From an uncultured archaeon (GTDB lineage: Archaea; Aenigmatarchaeota; Aenigmatarchaeia; CG10238-14; SCSR01): a stretch of DNA of 64,000 nt. The position numbers were made by a program, and so were the translations under genes. A model generated the notes under the pieces. It made no database searches. It saw nothing but the letters and a program-made list of their open reading frames with translations, and had not been told where the DNA came from. How positions within the stretch are numbered: the stretch's first letter is position 1; each line of letters opens with the position of its first letter. Shown piece by piece: positions 43,160 to 53,090 of this stretch. Location: positions 101 through 64,100 of the forward strand of contig CAZEGD010000003.1 of NCBI GenBank assembly GCA_964512235.1, read 5' to 3'.

Positions 43160-43369
43160 ATGGGAAACATAAAGACGTCTTTCGTAAAATCAGTCGCCCA
43201 TGAGCTGTATGAAGAGTATGCTGATAAGTTCACTACTGACTTTTCGAAGAACAAAGAAGTCGTCAAGCAGCTTGCGGATATAAAATCCAAGCGGCTAATG
43301 AATATGATTGTAGGGTACTTGACAAAGCTGAAGAAGCGCAATAATCACGAGAAGCTCGGTGCGCGCTAA
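43160..43369 (+). CDS. rps17e: 30S ribosomal protein S17e
   Basis: MGNIKTSFVKSVAHELYEEYADKFTTDFSKNKE. Confidence 0.9.
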   Translation: MGNIKTSFVKSVAHELYEEYADKFTTDFSKNKEVVKQLADIKSKRLMNMIVGYLTKLKKRNNHEKLGAR

Positions 43370-43465
43370 TTACACCCTTTTCCTCATGTACCATAAGAAT
43401 TAATTGTTTTAAAAATAACTTTATTTTAGGATATTTTAAGAGATTGAGCTTAGAGCGGTGAAACA

Positions 43466-44581
43466 ATGGCAGTCATACCGAAGATAGACGAATTCGCATT
43501 TGTCCTGCTAGGTGGGTTGTTGTTTATTTTCATCCTAATGGTAGTGTGGAGCACGCCGATAGAGCCGCCGCCAGTAATAGAGCCAAAGACAGTAAGCCTT
43601 GTAATCAGGCAGGGCTCCTCTGATAGTTTTGACATAGAATTCGACGGTACAGTCTCAGCCGTGAACCTAACTGCTCATGGTGAGATAAGCGGATGGGTGA
43701 CATTCAACAAACAGGACTTTAACATAAATGAAAAGGGTTCAGTAGGAGTGACGGTGGAAGTACCGGATAATGAAGATGAGGGTTTCTATAACGGCAGAAT
43801 AGAAGTGCATTCTGCAGGTGGCAAATCCTATGTATCTGTCAACATTGAAGTCTTGGAACAGACTGGAGAGGTGGTTTCAAAACCTGTATTTCTGGGAGAT
43901 TTTATCGTGAGCTATAGCGAAGGCGCTGAAGTATTGGATTCAAAGTCCACAACTACAGTATCTAAAAGCTACTTCAGCGAAAGAGCACTTACACTGACTG
44001 GCATTATGACAGAAGACAGGCTAACAATTGTCACAGACGCATATGTGCAGTTGGATGTAGAAGACACGAATATGGCAGGCAATCTCATAGTTAAAGTCAA
44101 CGGTGAGACTGTGTACAAGGATGTTACGGCCATCGGTACTCTGACCATCCCAGTCGATAAGGATTTGCTAGAGACTTCCAATACCGTAGAGATAAAAGCC
44201 GGTTCGCCTGGTTGGAGGTTCTGGATGAGCACTATGTACAAGTTGCGATCAAGCTTCGAGATAAGTTATATGGGCATATTTTCAGAGAGTTTTAACTTTG
44301 ACTTAAATGCTGTGCAGATTGCAAATTTCAAGGATTTGGGTCTGAACTACAGGGTACAAAACTACAACCTACCGTTGCCTGAGCTTATGATTAAAGTCAA
44401 CGGCCAGCTTGCATTCTGGGAGCGGCCGCCACTGGTGCTTGGAGACCATACATTCACAGAAGATGTCTTTGGAAATGATATAATTCTGAACGAAGGGAAT
44501 AACACAATATCGTTCAACTTTGAGCGCGAAGCATCCTACAGTGTAGCTGATGCAATACTGACTGTCAATTACTATGCCTAG
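43466..44581 (+). CDS. N-terminally anchored secreted protein with Ig-like beta-rich domains (hypothetical)
   Basis: Signal-anchor FAFVLLGGLLFIFILMVVW followed by a beta-strand-pattern ectodomain. Confidence 0.6.
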   Translation: MAVIPKIDEFAFVLLGGLLFIFILMVVWSTPIEPPPVIEPKTVSLVIRQGSSDSFDIEFDGTVSAVNLTAHGEISGWVTFNKQDFNINEKGSVGVTVEVPDNEDEGFYNGRIEVHSAGGKSYVSVNIEVLEQTGEVVSKPVFLGDFIVSYSEGAEVLDSKSTTTVSKSYFSERALTLTGIMTEDRLTIVTDAYVQLDVEDTNMAGNLIVKVNGETVYKDVTAIGTLTIPVDKDLLETSNTVEIKAGSPGWRFWMSTMYKLRSSFEISYMGIFSESFNFDLNAVQIANFKDLGLNYRVQNYNLPLPELMIKVNGQLAFWERPPLVLGDHTFTEDVFGNDIILNEGNNTISFNFEREASYSVADAILTVNYYA

Positions 44582-44583
44582 AA

Positions 44584-45378
44584 TCAGCCAAGTGCCATAA
44601 GAGCCAATAAATCTCTAGTTCCAGTCGCAGCACCAAGTACACCTATGACCAGTTTGACATACGTATTGAATTGCTTGTCATCCGAAAACTTGTCTATAGC
44701 CATTAACAGTACAGCAATTCCTACAGCTTTGACTACTATGAAAGATGCAGGTCCGAATATGTTTATGAAAGCTGTCGGCAGTATATGCTGCTCGTAGAAG
44801 TTGAAGAATTGTAAAGAGACAAACGTAGCTGTCGCATCAAGCATCTGCAAAGACATAACAGCCTTGTTCTCTCCACTCCATCTCAAGAATTTAAAAAGTA
44901 AAATCCAAGGGACAAAGAACACCACGAAGAGCAGTGCACCATAGAGATTGATATGAGTCATTAATGATGCTATCAAAACACTGAGTGGCAGCGACATCAA
45001 CAGAGTACCGAACATGCAGACAGGCTTGAAATACGGTATACCCCTCTTCTTTTCAATGAACAAAGACACAAGCAAAGCTGCAATCGTAATAGCAAACACG
45101 AAAACGTATATGCCTGGAGTGACGAATATGTTGCCATGTATGAGGCCAAGGTCTTCCAAGACTCTTATAGAACTACCTAAGACCACATAAGGTGCAATTG
45201 CTATTGCCAGTCTCCTATCAATTTTCACTTTCAACTTTTTCAATGTTTCATATATCACATAAACAGCCGCTACAAGCAACAAGCCATATGTGAGCGTCTT
45301 TGGCACGTCATAGCCGCTACGCTTTGGTTGAAGGAAGTATTCTAGTAATTTGTCAATACTGAAACTACTCAAATCCAT
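44584..45378 (-). CDS. DUF63-like archaeal polytopic membrane protein
   Basis: About 7 TM segments. The N-terminal YDVPKTLTYGLLLVAAVYVIYETLKKLKV and SSIRVLEDLGL resemble the DUF63 family. This rests on memory only. Confidence 0.5.
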   Translation of the reverse strand: MDLSSFSIDKLLEYFLQPKRSGYDVPKTLTYGLLLVAAVYVIYETLKKLKVKIDRRLAIAIAPYVVLGSSIRVLEDLGLIHGNIFVTPGIYVFVFAITIAALLVSLFIEKKRGIPYFKPVCMFGTLLMSLPLSVLIASLMTHINLYGALLFVVFFVPWILLFKFLRWSGENKAVMSLQMLDATATFVSLQFFNFYEQHILPTAFINIFGPASFIVVKAVGIAVLLMAIDKFSDDKQFNTYVKLVIGVLGAATGTRDLLALMALG

Positions 45379-45435
45379 ACAACTAATATATGACTTGGAT
45401 AAAATTAATATCCGCTCAAGCCCAAAGATTAATCA

Positions 45436-46395
45436 ATGGTAAATGCAAAAAAGACTCTAATTTTATTGCTAGTATTGGTAGTTGTAGTGAGCCTTTCAGG
45501 ATGCGATGAAGCTTATGGGGAAGAGCAGCAATACGACGATAATGTGATAACTATTGAATACTACTCCGTATCTTCGTTAAAACCATATGCTGAAAGACCC
45601 ACTACGATTAGATTCTTCTTGAGAAATAATGGACAGTATGATGTGGAAAATCTAGTAGTGGATTTCTTTAACATCCAAGACTTTAGTGTGACCGATATGT
45701 ATTGTGATGACGCAGATAATGCACTCTCTACAGGAATGATACAGATAATAGAAGGTAATCAAAACTGCACCTATAACACCTTTGAAGATTATGAGAAGAA
45801 AGTATGGATTATGCTGATGGCACCAGATAATGATAAAATTCCCAAACCAACAACACTTAGAGTCGATTATAACGTTAGCTATGATTATTTTGGAGTCAGG
45901 GAGGCGCATATACCTATAGTCGATGAAATGACAATCATAAAACCAATGTCTAAATTTACGCAGACTGCACATTCTCCTAGCCCTATACATGTAAGCTTTG
46001 AGCCACCTGTGGGTGATGTGAGAATAGAGGATGGTGTTGAAATAAAAGAGTATTGGGGCACCCAGAACGAGCCATTCGAGCTAAATATGAATTTCAAGCA
46101 TGTCGGCAGCAGCTCTGTCGGTACCATAGGCAAGTTGGAGATTGAAGAAGGGAATGTCAAATTAAGGTCAAGTGGCCTTAGCATATTCTCCGGCCTTCCT
46201 TGCGACTTCACCGTGAGCGGGGATGAGATGGTTTCCAATAAAGAAGTAGAAATCCCGGGAACTTTGACGTGTTATTTCGTTTTGAGCAATGAAAATCCAC
46301 TACCTGAAGTTACTGAGACGTTGCAGGCAGAGTTTACATTCTCATATAATTTCGTCAGAAGCCAGGAATTTGAAGTCCAGCCACTTTCGGACTGA
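45436..46395 (+). CDS. Putative lipoprotein, CARDB/Ig-like secreted protein (paralog pair A)
   Basis: Signal peptide with lipobox-like LSGC. Beta-rich and colinear with 46462..47379. Confidence 0.6.
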   Translation: MVNAKKTLILLLVLVVVVSLSGCDEAYGEEQQYDDNVITIEYYSVSSLKPYAERPTTIRFFLRNNGQYDVENLVVDFFNIQDFSVTDMYCDDADNALSTGMIQIIEGNQNCTYNTFEDYEKKVWIMLMAPDNDKIPKPTTLRVDYNVSYDYFGVREAHIPIVDEMTIIKPMSKFTQTAHSPSPIHVSFEPPVGDVRIEDGVEIKEYWGTQNEPFELNMNFKHVGSSSVGTIGKLEIEEGNVKLRSSGLSIFSGLPCDFTVSGDEMVSNKEVEIPGTLTCYFVLSNENPLPEVTETLQAEFTFSYNFVRSQEFEVQPLSD

Positions 46396-46461
46396 AAAAC
46401 AAAAAACACCTTAGATGTATTTAAATTGCTCGGTGCATAAATTAATTATAAGAGTGAGTAA

Positions 46462-47379
46462 ATGAAGAAAATAGTCTTAGCCAGTTTGTTCTTGGCGGTA
46501 TTCTTGGCCGGTTGTACAATCTTTGAAACCGTTTCAGGAACGTCGTCAGGGACTAATGGTATAATCATAAAAGACTTTGGTTTTGACTATTCCCCAATAT
46601 ATGCAGAAGAGTCAACGGGATTGACTCTGACGCTCCAGAACGTAGGTGGAGCTGAGGGAACAATAACAGAAATAACAATATTCGGCGTTGACGCGCCAGG
46701 TGCAAATGCAGGATCCCTCACTTGGGGTTATGGAAGTGGCGATGACTTCAGTTTAACTCCAGGTACAGAATTGTTGCCACCAGATCCAAGTACGGGATTT
46801 GATGGAGAGGAATACTTCCAAGAATGGATACCTGAGGCACCGACAAGTATAACAGCAGCAACAACTTACGATTTCCAGACGAGAGTCAAGTATACCTATA
46901 CTACGACTTTCACAGGGACGATTCAAATAGTCGACAACGACTACCTAAGGACTCTATCATCTAGCGATAGAGAATCATTGATAAAAGTAGGCGGAGTCCA
47001 AGACTCGACAGTAACGGGTGGTCCATTATCACTGAAGGCTGCAAGCAGCAGAAACTTCATAGTCAGAGATGGTGATACGGCAGAGAACAGAGACATTAAA
47101 TTCAAGATAACAAACGTCGGAAGCGGTTACCCGTATAAAGAACCTTGGAGTGATGTCAATCTACACATTGTTTCAGTTACGGTAGACGATGGGATAGACT
47201 GTAGTACACAAGACATAAAATTGAGCAGAGGAAAGACAGGAGTTTTGACATGTACTTTCACAACACCAGCACAAGGGAGTTTCACGAACAAAATAGACAA
47301 GATGTTCTCAATAACGCTAGGATATGGCTACTACGTTGACAGCGCTGCATCTATAACGGTAAACCCAATACTTGACTAA
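46462..47379 (+). CDS. Putative lipoprotein, CARDB/Ig-like secreted protein (paralog pair B)
   Basis: Signal peptide with lipobox LAGC. T/G/S-rich beta ectodomain. A T-rich stretch follows the gene. Confidence 0.6.
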   Translation: MKKIVLASLFLAVFLAGCTIFETVSGTSSGTNGIIIKDFGFDYSPIYAEESTGLTLTLQNVGGAEGTITEITIFGVDAPGANAGSLTWGYGSGDDFSLTPGTELLPPDPSTGFDGEEYFQEWIPEAPTSITAATTYDFQTRVKYTYTTTFTGTIQIVDNDYLRTLSSSDRESLIKVGGVQDSTVTGGPLSLKAASSRNFIVRDGDTAENRDIKFKITNVGSGYPYKEPWSDVNLHIVSVTVDDGIDCSTQDIKLSRGKTGVLTCTFTTPAQGSFTNKIDKMFSITLGYGYYVDSAASITVNPILD

Positions 47380-47460
47380 AACCAAAGGCTTGAGAGAATT
47401 TAAGAATCTTTTACAGCCTTCTTTTTATTTTAATTTTTACAGAATCATTTATCTTCCGTA

Positions 47461-47476
47461 TATGGGCCCGAGGAGA
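47461..47476 (-). other. Orphan copy of the 3' end of tRNA-Val (possible att remnant)
   Basis: tatgggcccgaggaga is identical to 48024-48039, which covers the discriminator, the 3' acceptor strand and the start of the T-stem of the tRNA-Val gene. Confidence 0.5.
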
Positions 47477-47522
47477 CATATTTATTTTTCTTGTTCATCA
47501 ATTAGAATTTACTATTTTGTAT

Positions 47523-47969
47523 CTAATAAAGAAACTTTTCACGTTCCTCTTCCGAAATATACCCTTTCTTACACGCCCATGATAGTAATGAAGCATTATG
47601 AATTCTAGCTGGTCGACCCTTTCCAATTAACTTCAATGATTCTGGAAGTGTTTTGTCTCTCGATAAATAATATGCAATTCCAACAGCAACACTCCTGCTA
47701 GTTCCAGATTCACAACAAATTAGGACATCACCTTTATCTATGCATTTATTAATGAACTCAATTGCAATATCAAAGGCGTAATAAGATATAGGAAAGTCAT
47801 CGTATAGTTGCATCTCTAGGCAAGGTTTACCTTCAACTATCCTTTCCTCCCCCTTCCCAGTTAAACAATTGATTACTGCAGCGGATGTGGAATATGGACT
47901 AGTCTTCTTATAGTCCAAATCCTCTAGACAGCCAATTATTATCTTATGTTTTGACAAACCGTTGCTCAT
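47523..47969 (-). CDS. Dual-specificity/tyrosine protein phosphatase (CX5R)
   Basis: VLICCESGTSRSVAVGIAY contains the HCX5R(S/T)-type P-loop (here CCESGTSRS). AT-rich gene. Confidence 0.75.
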   Translation of the reverse strand: MSNGLSKHKIIIGCLEDLDYKKTSPYSTSAAVINCLTGKGEERIVEGKPCLEMQLYDDFPISYYAFDIAIEFINKCIDKGDVLICCESGTSRSVAVGIAYYLSRDKTLPESLKLIGKGRPARIHNASLLSWACKKGYISEEEREKFLY

Positions 47970-48025
47970 AATAAAATTTTACAGGTGAGAGATTTATTTA
48001 GATGTTTTTATCTTCGATTCTAGTA

Positions 48026-48117
48026 TGGGCCCGAGGAGAATTGAACTCCTGTCTTTACCGTTCTCAAGTTTGAATCTGTCATGTGAGGGTAATGTCCTAC
48101 CACTAGACTACGGGCCC
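48026..48117 (-). tRNA. tRNA-Val (CAC) with a 21-nt intron (48061-48081)
   Basis: GGGCCCG-UA-GUCU-AGUGGUA-GGAC-A-UUACC-CUCACA[UGACAGAUUCAAACUUGAGAA]C-GGUAA-AGAC-AGGAG-UUCAAUU-CUCCU-CGGGCCC-A. A UGAG near the intron 3' end can pair with C32-A35, as expected for a bulge-helix-bulge (BHB) splicing motif. Confidence 0.85.
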
Positions 48118-48147
48118 AGTGATGTATAATTGGACTTCTGCTTTTAT

Positions 48148-49434
48148 TTATTTAAAATCTACAAGCCTCTTCTGCTCTTTAGCCTTCTTTTCCATCTTAG
48201 TCTTCAATTTTTCGTATTGAGCAGTGTCAAACACAGGTTGGCCGTACACACCATCATAACCCGGTATGTACTTTACCTTGCCCTCCCGCACTTTGATTAT
48301 CGCATCGGCTATGCTTTCTTTCGTCGCTTCCAAGAGATGCTCTTTAGGCACATTCAACAGTACGTTAAACTCATTGCCGAATCTCTTCACCAAAGCATCC
48401 TGTTGGTCAATCACACTTCTATTATACAGCTGACCGACACCCGTGGCAAATGATATTATCTCATACAAAGGTAGTAGCGATTTGTAAGGCACGGCACCAT
48501 CGGGCTTAAAGCCTTCCGGTCTGTCTGACAATTGCTCCACGCGCTGTAGCACACCGACAGTCATCCTACGGCCGCACTTCGGACATTTATTGTCAAACTG
48601 CAGAGACTGCTTAGGGCTTATATTGATACCGCAACTGCGGTGGCCTGTAAAATGGTATTTGCCGTACGAAGGCTCGACTTCAATGGTATACTTCAACTGC
48701 CCTTTCTTTATAGCTTCGTTTATTGCAGCATACGTAAGCGAGTTAATGCTGTCAATATCAAACTCGAATACATTCGCCTCCCTTCCCAATCTCCATATCC
48801 AAGGACTATGTGCATCCGAGTTGCTAAGCAGTGTGTACTTGTCAAGAGCGGACAGTCTCCAGTTCATAGGCGGATCGCTACTCATTCCAGTCTCCAGAGC
48901 ATGAATATGTTTCGTCTGGTCTTTGTAGCATTCCTCCATAGAATCGTAGCCAGAGAAAGAACCAAAAATAGCCCACCAGCTCGTCCAAACATGTGCTGGA
49001 TAGATGAGAATACCTTTGTCAACCTCCATCACAAGCTCAACAAGCTCGGGCGACGTGAGACCGGAGAACATAGGTCTGCCATCTACGGACAGGTTCCCTC
49101 TCTTACCCAACAATTCATTTACCTGTGCAACTACTTCCAAGCTAGGTGCGTGGATGACATGATGTATCTTTCTCGTCTTCCCGCCATCACCGTATACGGT
49201 TGCAACTTCAGTCGTTGCAATCCACAGCACACCACCATAACTGTATACGCCATCTCCAGCAGGCTCTAGCTTCTGCTTTAATTCATCAAACCAAGCTGGA
49301 AATGTGAAATCGCCAGTGCCCAAGAGATTCAATCCCTTCATCTTGGCATTCCTCGCCAATTGCTCCAAATCCATCTGCTTGCTCGTCGCACGGGAATATT
49401 TTGAATGTATGTGAAAATCAGCAATTATCTCCAA
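48148..49434 (-). CDS. Endonuclease Q-like PHP-domain protein with zinc finger
   Basis: N-terminus IADFHIHSKYSRATS...LNLLGTGDFTFP (PHP) and CPKCGRRMTVGVLQRVEQL. About 428 aa, as in archaeal EndoQ. Confidence 0.7.
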   Translation of the reverse strand: MEIIADFHIHSKYSRATSKQMDLEQLARNAKMKGLNLLGTGDFTFPAWFDELKQKLEPAGDGVYSYGGVLWIATTEVATVYGDGGKTRKIHHVIHAPSLEVVAQVNELLGKRGNLSVDGRPMFSGLTSPELVELVMEVDKGILIYPAHVWTSWWAIFGSFSGYDSMEECYKDQTKHIHALETGMSSDPPMNWRLSALDKYTLLSNSDAHSPWIWRLGREANVFEFDIDSINSLTYAAINEAIKKGQLKYTIEVEPSYGKYHFTGHRSCGINISPKQSLQFDNKCPKCGRRMTVGVLQRVEQLSDRPEGFKPDGAVPYKSLLPLYEIISFATGVGQLYNRSVIDQQDALVKRFGNEFNVLLNVPKEHLLEATKESIADAIIKVREGKVKYIPGYDGVYGQPVFDTAQYEKLKTKMEKKAKEQKRLVDFK

Positions 49435-49452
49435 CCAATCACACCTTTAATT

Positions 49453-50076
49453 TTAAACAAAGAAGATTAAGACGTTGATTATAACCAAGAAAAACCATGC
49501 CAAAGGTTTCCAAACGATTATTCTGTAACCATTTAATGGTTTTATGGGCAGCAGATTGAAGATTGCAAAGTAAGCACTTACAAAAGACATATAGCTGAAA
49601 AACGAACCCGGAAAGAGGCTAAACAGCATAGCGAGCATTATATTCGAAGCTGGGCCAATGAAGCCTACTAAGCCCTCTTCCATCATCGACAATCGCCTGC
49701 TCTTGAATCCCCACCTCCCGAAAGCAAAAGGATGTACAATAATGAGACCGACTACCGGAAACTTGAACCCCATAATCATCAGGAGCAGACCGAAAATTAT
49801 GCCAGGAAGCCATAATTTGTAGTATGCGGCACAACCAAACTTGCTTGCGAGCAGATTATGTGCAATCTTGTTGACGAAAAAGGCCACACCTACCGCCAGC
49901 AATGCAGGTATGACAGAATTTACAGTACCTACCGGATTCTGGAAATTATATGCAAATATCAGCGTAAGCAAAAGAATAGCCAAGACAGTGTCCCTAAAAT
50001 CTTTTGCAAGGAGGATTTTGCCCTTTTCCTTTGCAATCCTCTTTCTCACTAATTTCAATTTCTTCGCTTTTGCCAT
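49453..50076 (-). CDS. M50 (site-2 protease)-like membrane protein with degenerate catalytic motifs
   Basis: IAHNLLASKFG replaces HExxH, and FNLLPIKPLNGYRI replaces NLLPxxPLDGG. Both metal and catalytic positions are substituted. Confidence 0.65.
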   Translation of the reverse strand: MAKAKKLKLVRKRIAKEKGKILLAKDFRDTVLAILLLTLIFAYNFQNPVGTVNSVIPALLAVGVAFFVNKIAHNLLASKFGCAAYYKLWLPGIIFGLLLMIMGFKFPVVGLIIVHPFAFGRWGFKSRRLSMMEEGLVGFIGPASNIMLAMLFSLFPGSFFSYMSFVSAYFAIFNLLPIKPLNGYRIIVWKPLAWFFLVIINVLIFFV

Positions 50077-50085
50077 AATTACAAT

Positions 50086-50880
50086 TTATATTAGAAAATA
50101 TTTTAATGCCTCATTGATGGTGAATACTTCTTCCACTTCTATATCAGCTTCCTCGCTCACAGCAAGCCTTTGCTCCACATAATCCGTAGTGCAGTACGTT
50201 ATTGGCCCTATCCTCTGGCATTCTCTTTGCGGCTCGTAATAAACTATCACAGCCTGTCCACCGGGGACTATAAAGAGTTCGGCGCCTATATCCTTCGCTG
50301 CAGTAGCCTTTGTCACAATACCACCTACCGGTCCGACCAGACCGCCTCTGCTAATCGTTCCTGTGATCATCACACTCTCGTTTATAGTCTTGTTCTCCAA
50401 CGCAGCCACTGTTGCAACTGTCAGTGCAGCACCTGCCGACGGGCCCTCTATCACTGATGCATTAGTCTCTATGGTATAGACAATGTCCAGGCCCGACAGA
50501 TCCATTCCTGTAACATTCTGCGCGACTATCTTCGCACTCTGTATAGAGTATTGCGTGTCAACCCAGAACAGGAGTTGGTTGATGTTTACAAGTACACGTC
50601 CCTCGCCAGGCATAATGTCAACTTTAAGATTTGTCACCACACCATTGCCTTCGTTATCCACGGCAGGTACTTTGATTGTTGCCGACTGCTTCGACTCGGG
50701 AGATTCTGCCGTAGGTGTTATAAATTCAGGCAGAGTAATCTCTGTAGTCGTAGTGGCGGTTGGGACAATATAAGTCTCACCGCCCGTAACCATAAAATAA
50801 GAGGCAATTATTAGCACCGCCAGCAACGGGACTATGAGAATCAGCAGTTTTTCTATTGACAAATCAAAACCCCTTCTCAT
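50086..50880 (-). CDS. Membrane-anchored S16 (Lon C-terminal proteolytic domain) serine protease
   Basis: N-terminal TM segment, then IEGPSAGAALTVA (catalytic Ser motif) and GGIVTKATAAKDIGA (catalytic Lys region). Confidence 0.8.
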   Translation of the reverse strand: MRRGFDLSIEKLLILIVPLLAVLIIASYFMVTGGETYIVPTATTTTEITLPEFITPTAESPESKQSATIKVPAVDNEGNGVVTNLKVDIMPGEGRVLVNINQLLFWVDTQYSIQSAKIVAQNVTGMDLSGLDIVYTIETNASVIEGPSAGAALTVATVAALENKTINESVMITGTISRGGLVGPVGGIVTKATAAKDIGAELFIVPGGQAVIVYYEPQRECQRIGPITYCTTDYVEQRLAVSEEADIEVEEVFTINEALKYFLI

Positions 50881-50934
50881 TATACCACTTCAGTAGCCTT
50901 TTGTAATTGAATAAGTATTGGAAAAATATAAAGA

Positions 50935-51213
50935 GCGCAGGAAACACGCCATCAGTGGATACAACTTCATGAATTAGTTGACCCAAATCTCTTCCTCCAT
51001 CCCGTTGATTTACGAGCACCAAATTACATAGCTTATGGCTGCTCCATTCCTGGCCTCGCCAGTTTCGCTAGGTAAATGGCCCCGCAAGACGAGACTTCTC
51101 AGTCCGAAACTCGGACTAACTCACAAAAGTCATACCGCCCTCAGGCTTCGACCCCACCATAAACCGGATTTGTGGTTATAGAGAACCGGTAGCTCTCCAG
51201 TCTAGCTTCCTGC
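50935..51213 (-). ncRNA. ffs: Signal recognition particle RNA (7S/SRP RNA), about 280 nt
   Basis: No ORF. The 5' GCAGGAA pairs with the 3' UUCCUGC. GCUAGAC-UGG and UAUAACC loops look like Alu-domain loops. GGGGUCGAAGCCUGAGGGCGG resembles the archaeal helix 5. GGCCAGG...GGAGCAGCC resembles the helix-8 symmetric-loop motif, although the distal stem looks truncated. A T-rich tract follows. Confidence 0.7.
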
Positions 51214-51321
51214 AAAAGAATGTTTGCTAAAACCAATTTAAATATCTTACACTTATACTGTACAGACAATTAAAAAATTACTAATTCTCGGAAATACAAT
51301 TAATAGATAAGGCATGATCGA

Positions 51322-53058
51322 ATGAAAGTTGAGACTATTAAAAAGCAGTCGTTCAAAGTCGAGCCAAATCTGAAGGATTACAAAAAGACGTATAGGACTT
51401 TTGACTGGAGAGATGCACATAAAGAAGTGGACTGGTTCAAAGGTAAGCGGCTGAATATGGCATACAATGCTGTGGATAGGCATGCCGATGGTCTGAGAAA
51501 GAACAAAGTTGCGCTGTACTGGGAAGGTGGTGGCAAGGCTGAGAAATATACATTTTTGGATTTGCAGGGACTTTCAAACAAATTCGCAAATTTAATAAAA
51601 AGTCTTGATGTGAAAAAGGGTGACCGTGTATTCTTTTTCCTGCCTCGCATACCTCCGCTTTATTTTGGCTTCCTAGGTACCCTAAAGACCGGGGCTATAG
51701 CTGGAACAATGTTTGCCGCATTCGGTCCGGCTGGAATTAAAGACAGGCTTGAGAACAGCGGTGCAAAAGTTCTTGTGACAGCTCCAGAGCTGGTGAAGCG
51801 TGTGTATAAGGTAAAGAGAGAATTGCCGGATTTGAAAAAGATAATAATTGTCAACGGCTACAGTAAGAAAAAACACAAACTCAAGCGAGGGGAAGTGAAC
51901 TATGAGAAAGCCATGGCCAAAACATCAGACGAATTTAGAATATCGCGAATGAAACCAAGCGATCCTTCATTCATGCTATACACGAGCGGCACTACGGGCA
52001 AGCCCAAAGGCGTAGTCCATCAGCATTATGCACTGATTCAAGAGCATATGACTGCGAAATGGATTCTAGATTTGCACGAGGATGATGTATATTGGTGCAC
52101 GGCCGATCCTGGCTGGGTTACGGGAATAGCATATGGCATAATCGGCTCATGGTCTAATGGTGCTTCCTCCGTAGTCTCCGGCGACAGGTTCAGTCCCGAT
52201 GGCTGGTATTCGATTATTGAAAGGTATGGCATAACAGTCTGGTATACTGCCCCTACTGCTATTCGTATGCTTATGTCAGCTGGTGGCAAACTGGTAAAGC
52301 AGTACGACTTGAGCAGCTTACGTCATATATGCAGCGTCGGCGAGCCGTTGAACCCTGAAGCAATACGATGGGGAATGAAAGTCTTCAAGCTATCAATACA
52401 TGACAATTGGTGGCAGACTGAAACTGGTGGAATACTGATTGCTAATTATCCATCAATGGCAATCAAACTCGGATCCATGGGTAGGCCGCTGCCTGGAGTG
52501 CAAGCATCAATAGTCAACGATAAGGGCAATAGAATAAAGACTGGAAGAGAAGGCAATCTTGCAATAAAGCCAGGATGGCCTTCAATGATGATAAAAATAT
52601 GGAGACGGCCGAAGAAGTATAAGTCGTACTTTTTAAAAGGATGGTACATAACGGGCGATCGTGCCTTTATGGACAAAGATGGCTACTTTTGGTTTGTCGG
52701 TAGATCAGATGATGTGATTAAGACCTCCGGTGAAAGAGTAGGACCGTTTGAAGTCGAAAGTATATTGATTGAACACCCTGCAATCATCGAGGCTGGTGTA
52801 ATCGGTAAACCAGATCCGTTGCGCGGAGAAATAATTAAGGCATTTGTCGTTCTGAAGAAAGGTTACAAAGAATCGGACAAGCTGAAAGATGATATAAAGA
52901 AATTCGTCAAGCATCACCTAGCAGGCCATGCTTATCCAAGGGAGATTGAATTCGTGAAAAGTTTGCCAAAGACAAGATCAGGTAAAATTATGCGACGAAT
53001 TCTTAAGGCAAAAGAGCTTGGACTGCCAATAGGCGACACTTCTACTTTGATAAAATAA
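51322..53058 (+). CDS. acs: AMP-forming acyl/acetyl-CoA synthetase
   Basis: YTSGTTGKPKGV (AMP-binding motif), WWQTETGG, YITGDRA and the C-terminal PKTRSGKIMRR. Confidence 0.85.
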   Translation: MKVETIKKQSFKVEPNLKDYKKTYRTFDWRDAHKEVDWFKGKRLNMAYNAVDRHADGLRKNKVALYWEGGGKAEKYTFLDLQGLSNKFANLIKSLDVKKGDRVFFFLPRIPPLYFGFLGTLKTGAIAGTMFAAFGPAGIKDRLENSGAKVLVTAPELVKRVYKVKRELPDLKKIIIVNGYSKKKHKLKRGEVNYEKAMAKTSDEFRISRMKPSDPSFMLYTSGTTGKPKGVVHQHYALIQEHMTAKWILDLHEDDVYWCTADPGWVTGIAYGIIGSWSNGASSVVSGDRFSPDGWYSIIERYGITVWYTAPTAIRMLMSAGGKLVKQYDLSSLRHICSVGEPLNPEAIRWGMKVFKLSIHDNWWQTETGGILIANYPSMAIKLGSMGRPLPGVQASIVNDKGNRIKTGREGNLAIKPGWPSMMIKIWRRPKKYKSYFLKGWYITGDRAFMDKDGYFWFVGRSDDVIKTSGERVGPFEVESILIEHPAIIEAGVIGKPDPLRGEIIKAFVVLKKGYKESDKLKDDIKKFVKHHLAGHAYPREIEFVKSLPKTRSGKIMRRILKAKELGLPIGDTSTLIK

Positions 53059-53090
53059 TAGTGTAAATAAAAAATGTACAGATTTTACTA

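Noticed and set aside
50935-51213. RNase P RNA, suggested by ACAAAUCCGGUUUAUGG (CR-V-like) and GGAGGAAGAG (CR-I-like)
   Set aside because: On the strand where these motifs read correctly, their order is reversed (the CR-V-like motif is 5' of the CR-I-like motif). The terminal pairing, the Alu-like loops and the GGCCAGG...GGAGCAGCC motif fit SRP RNA better.
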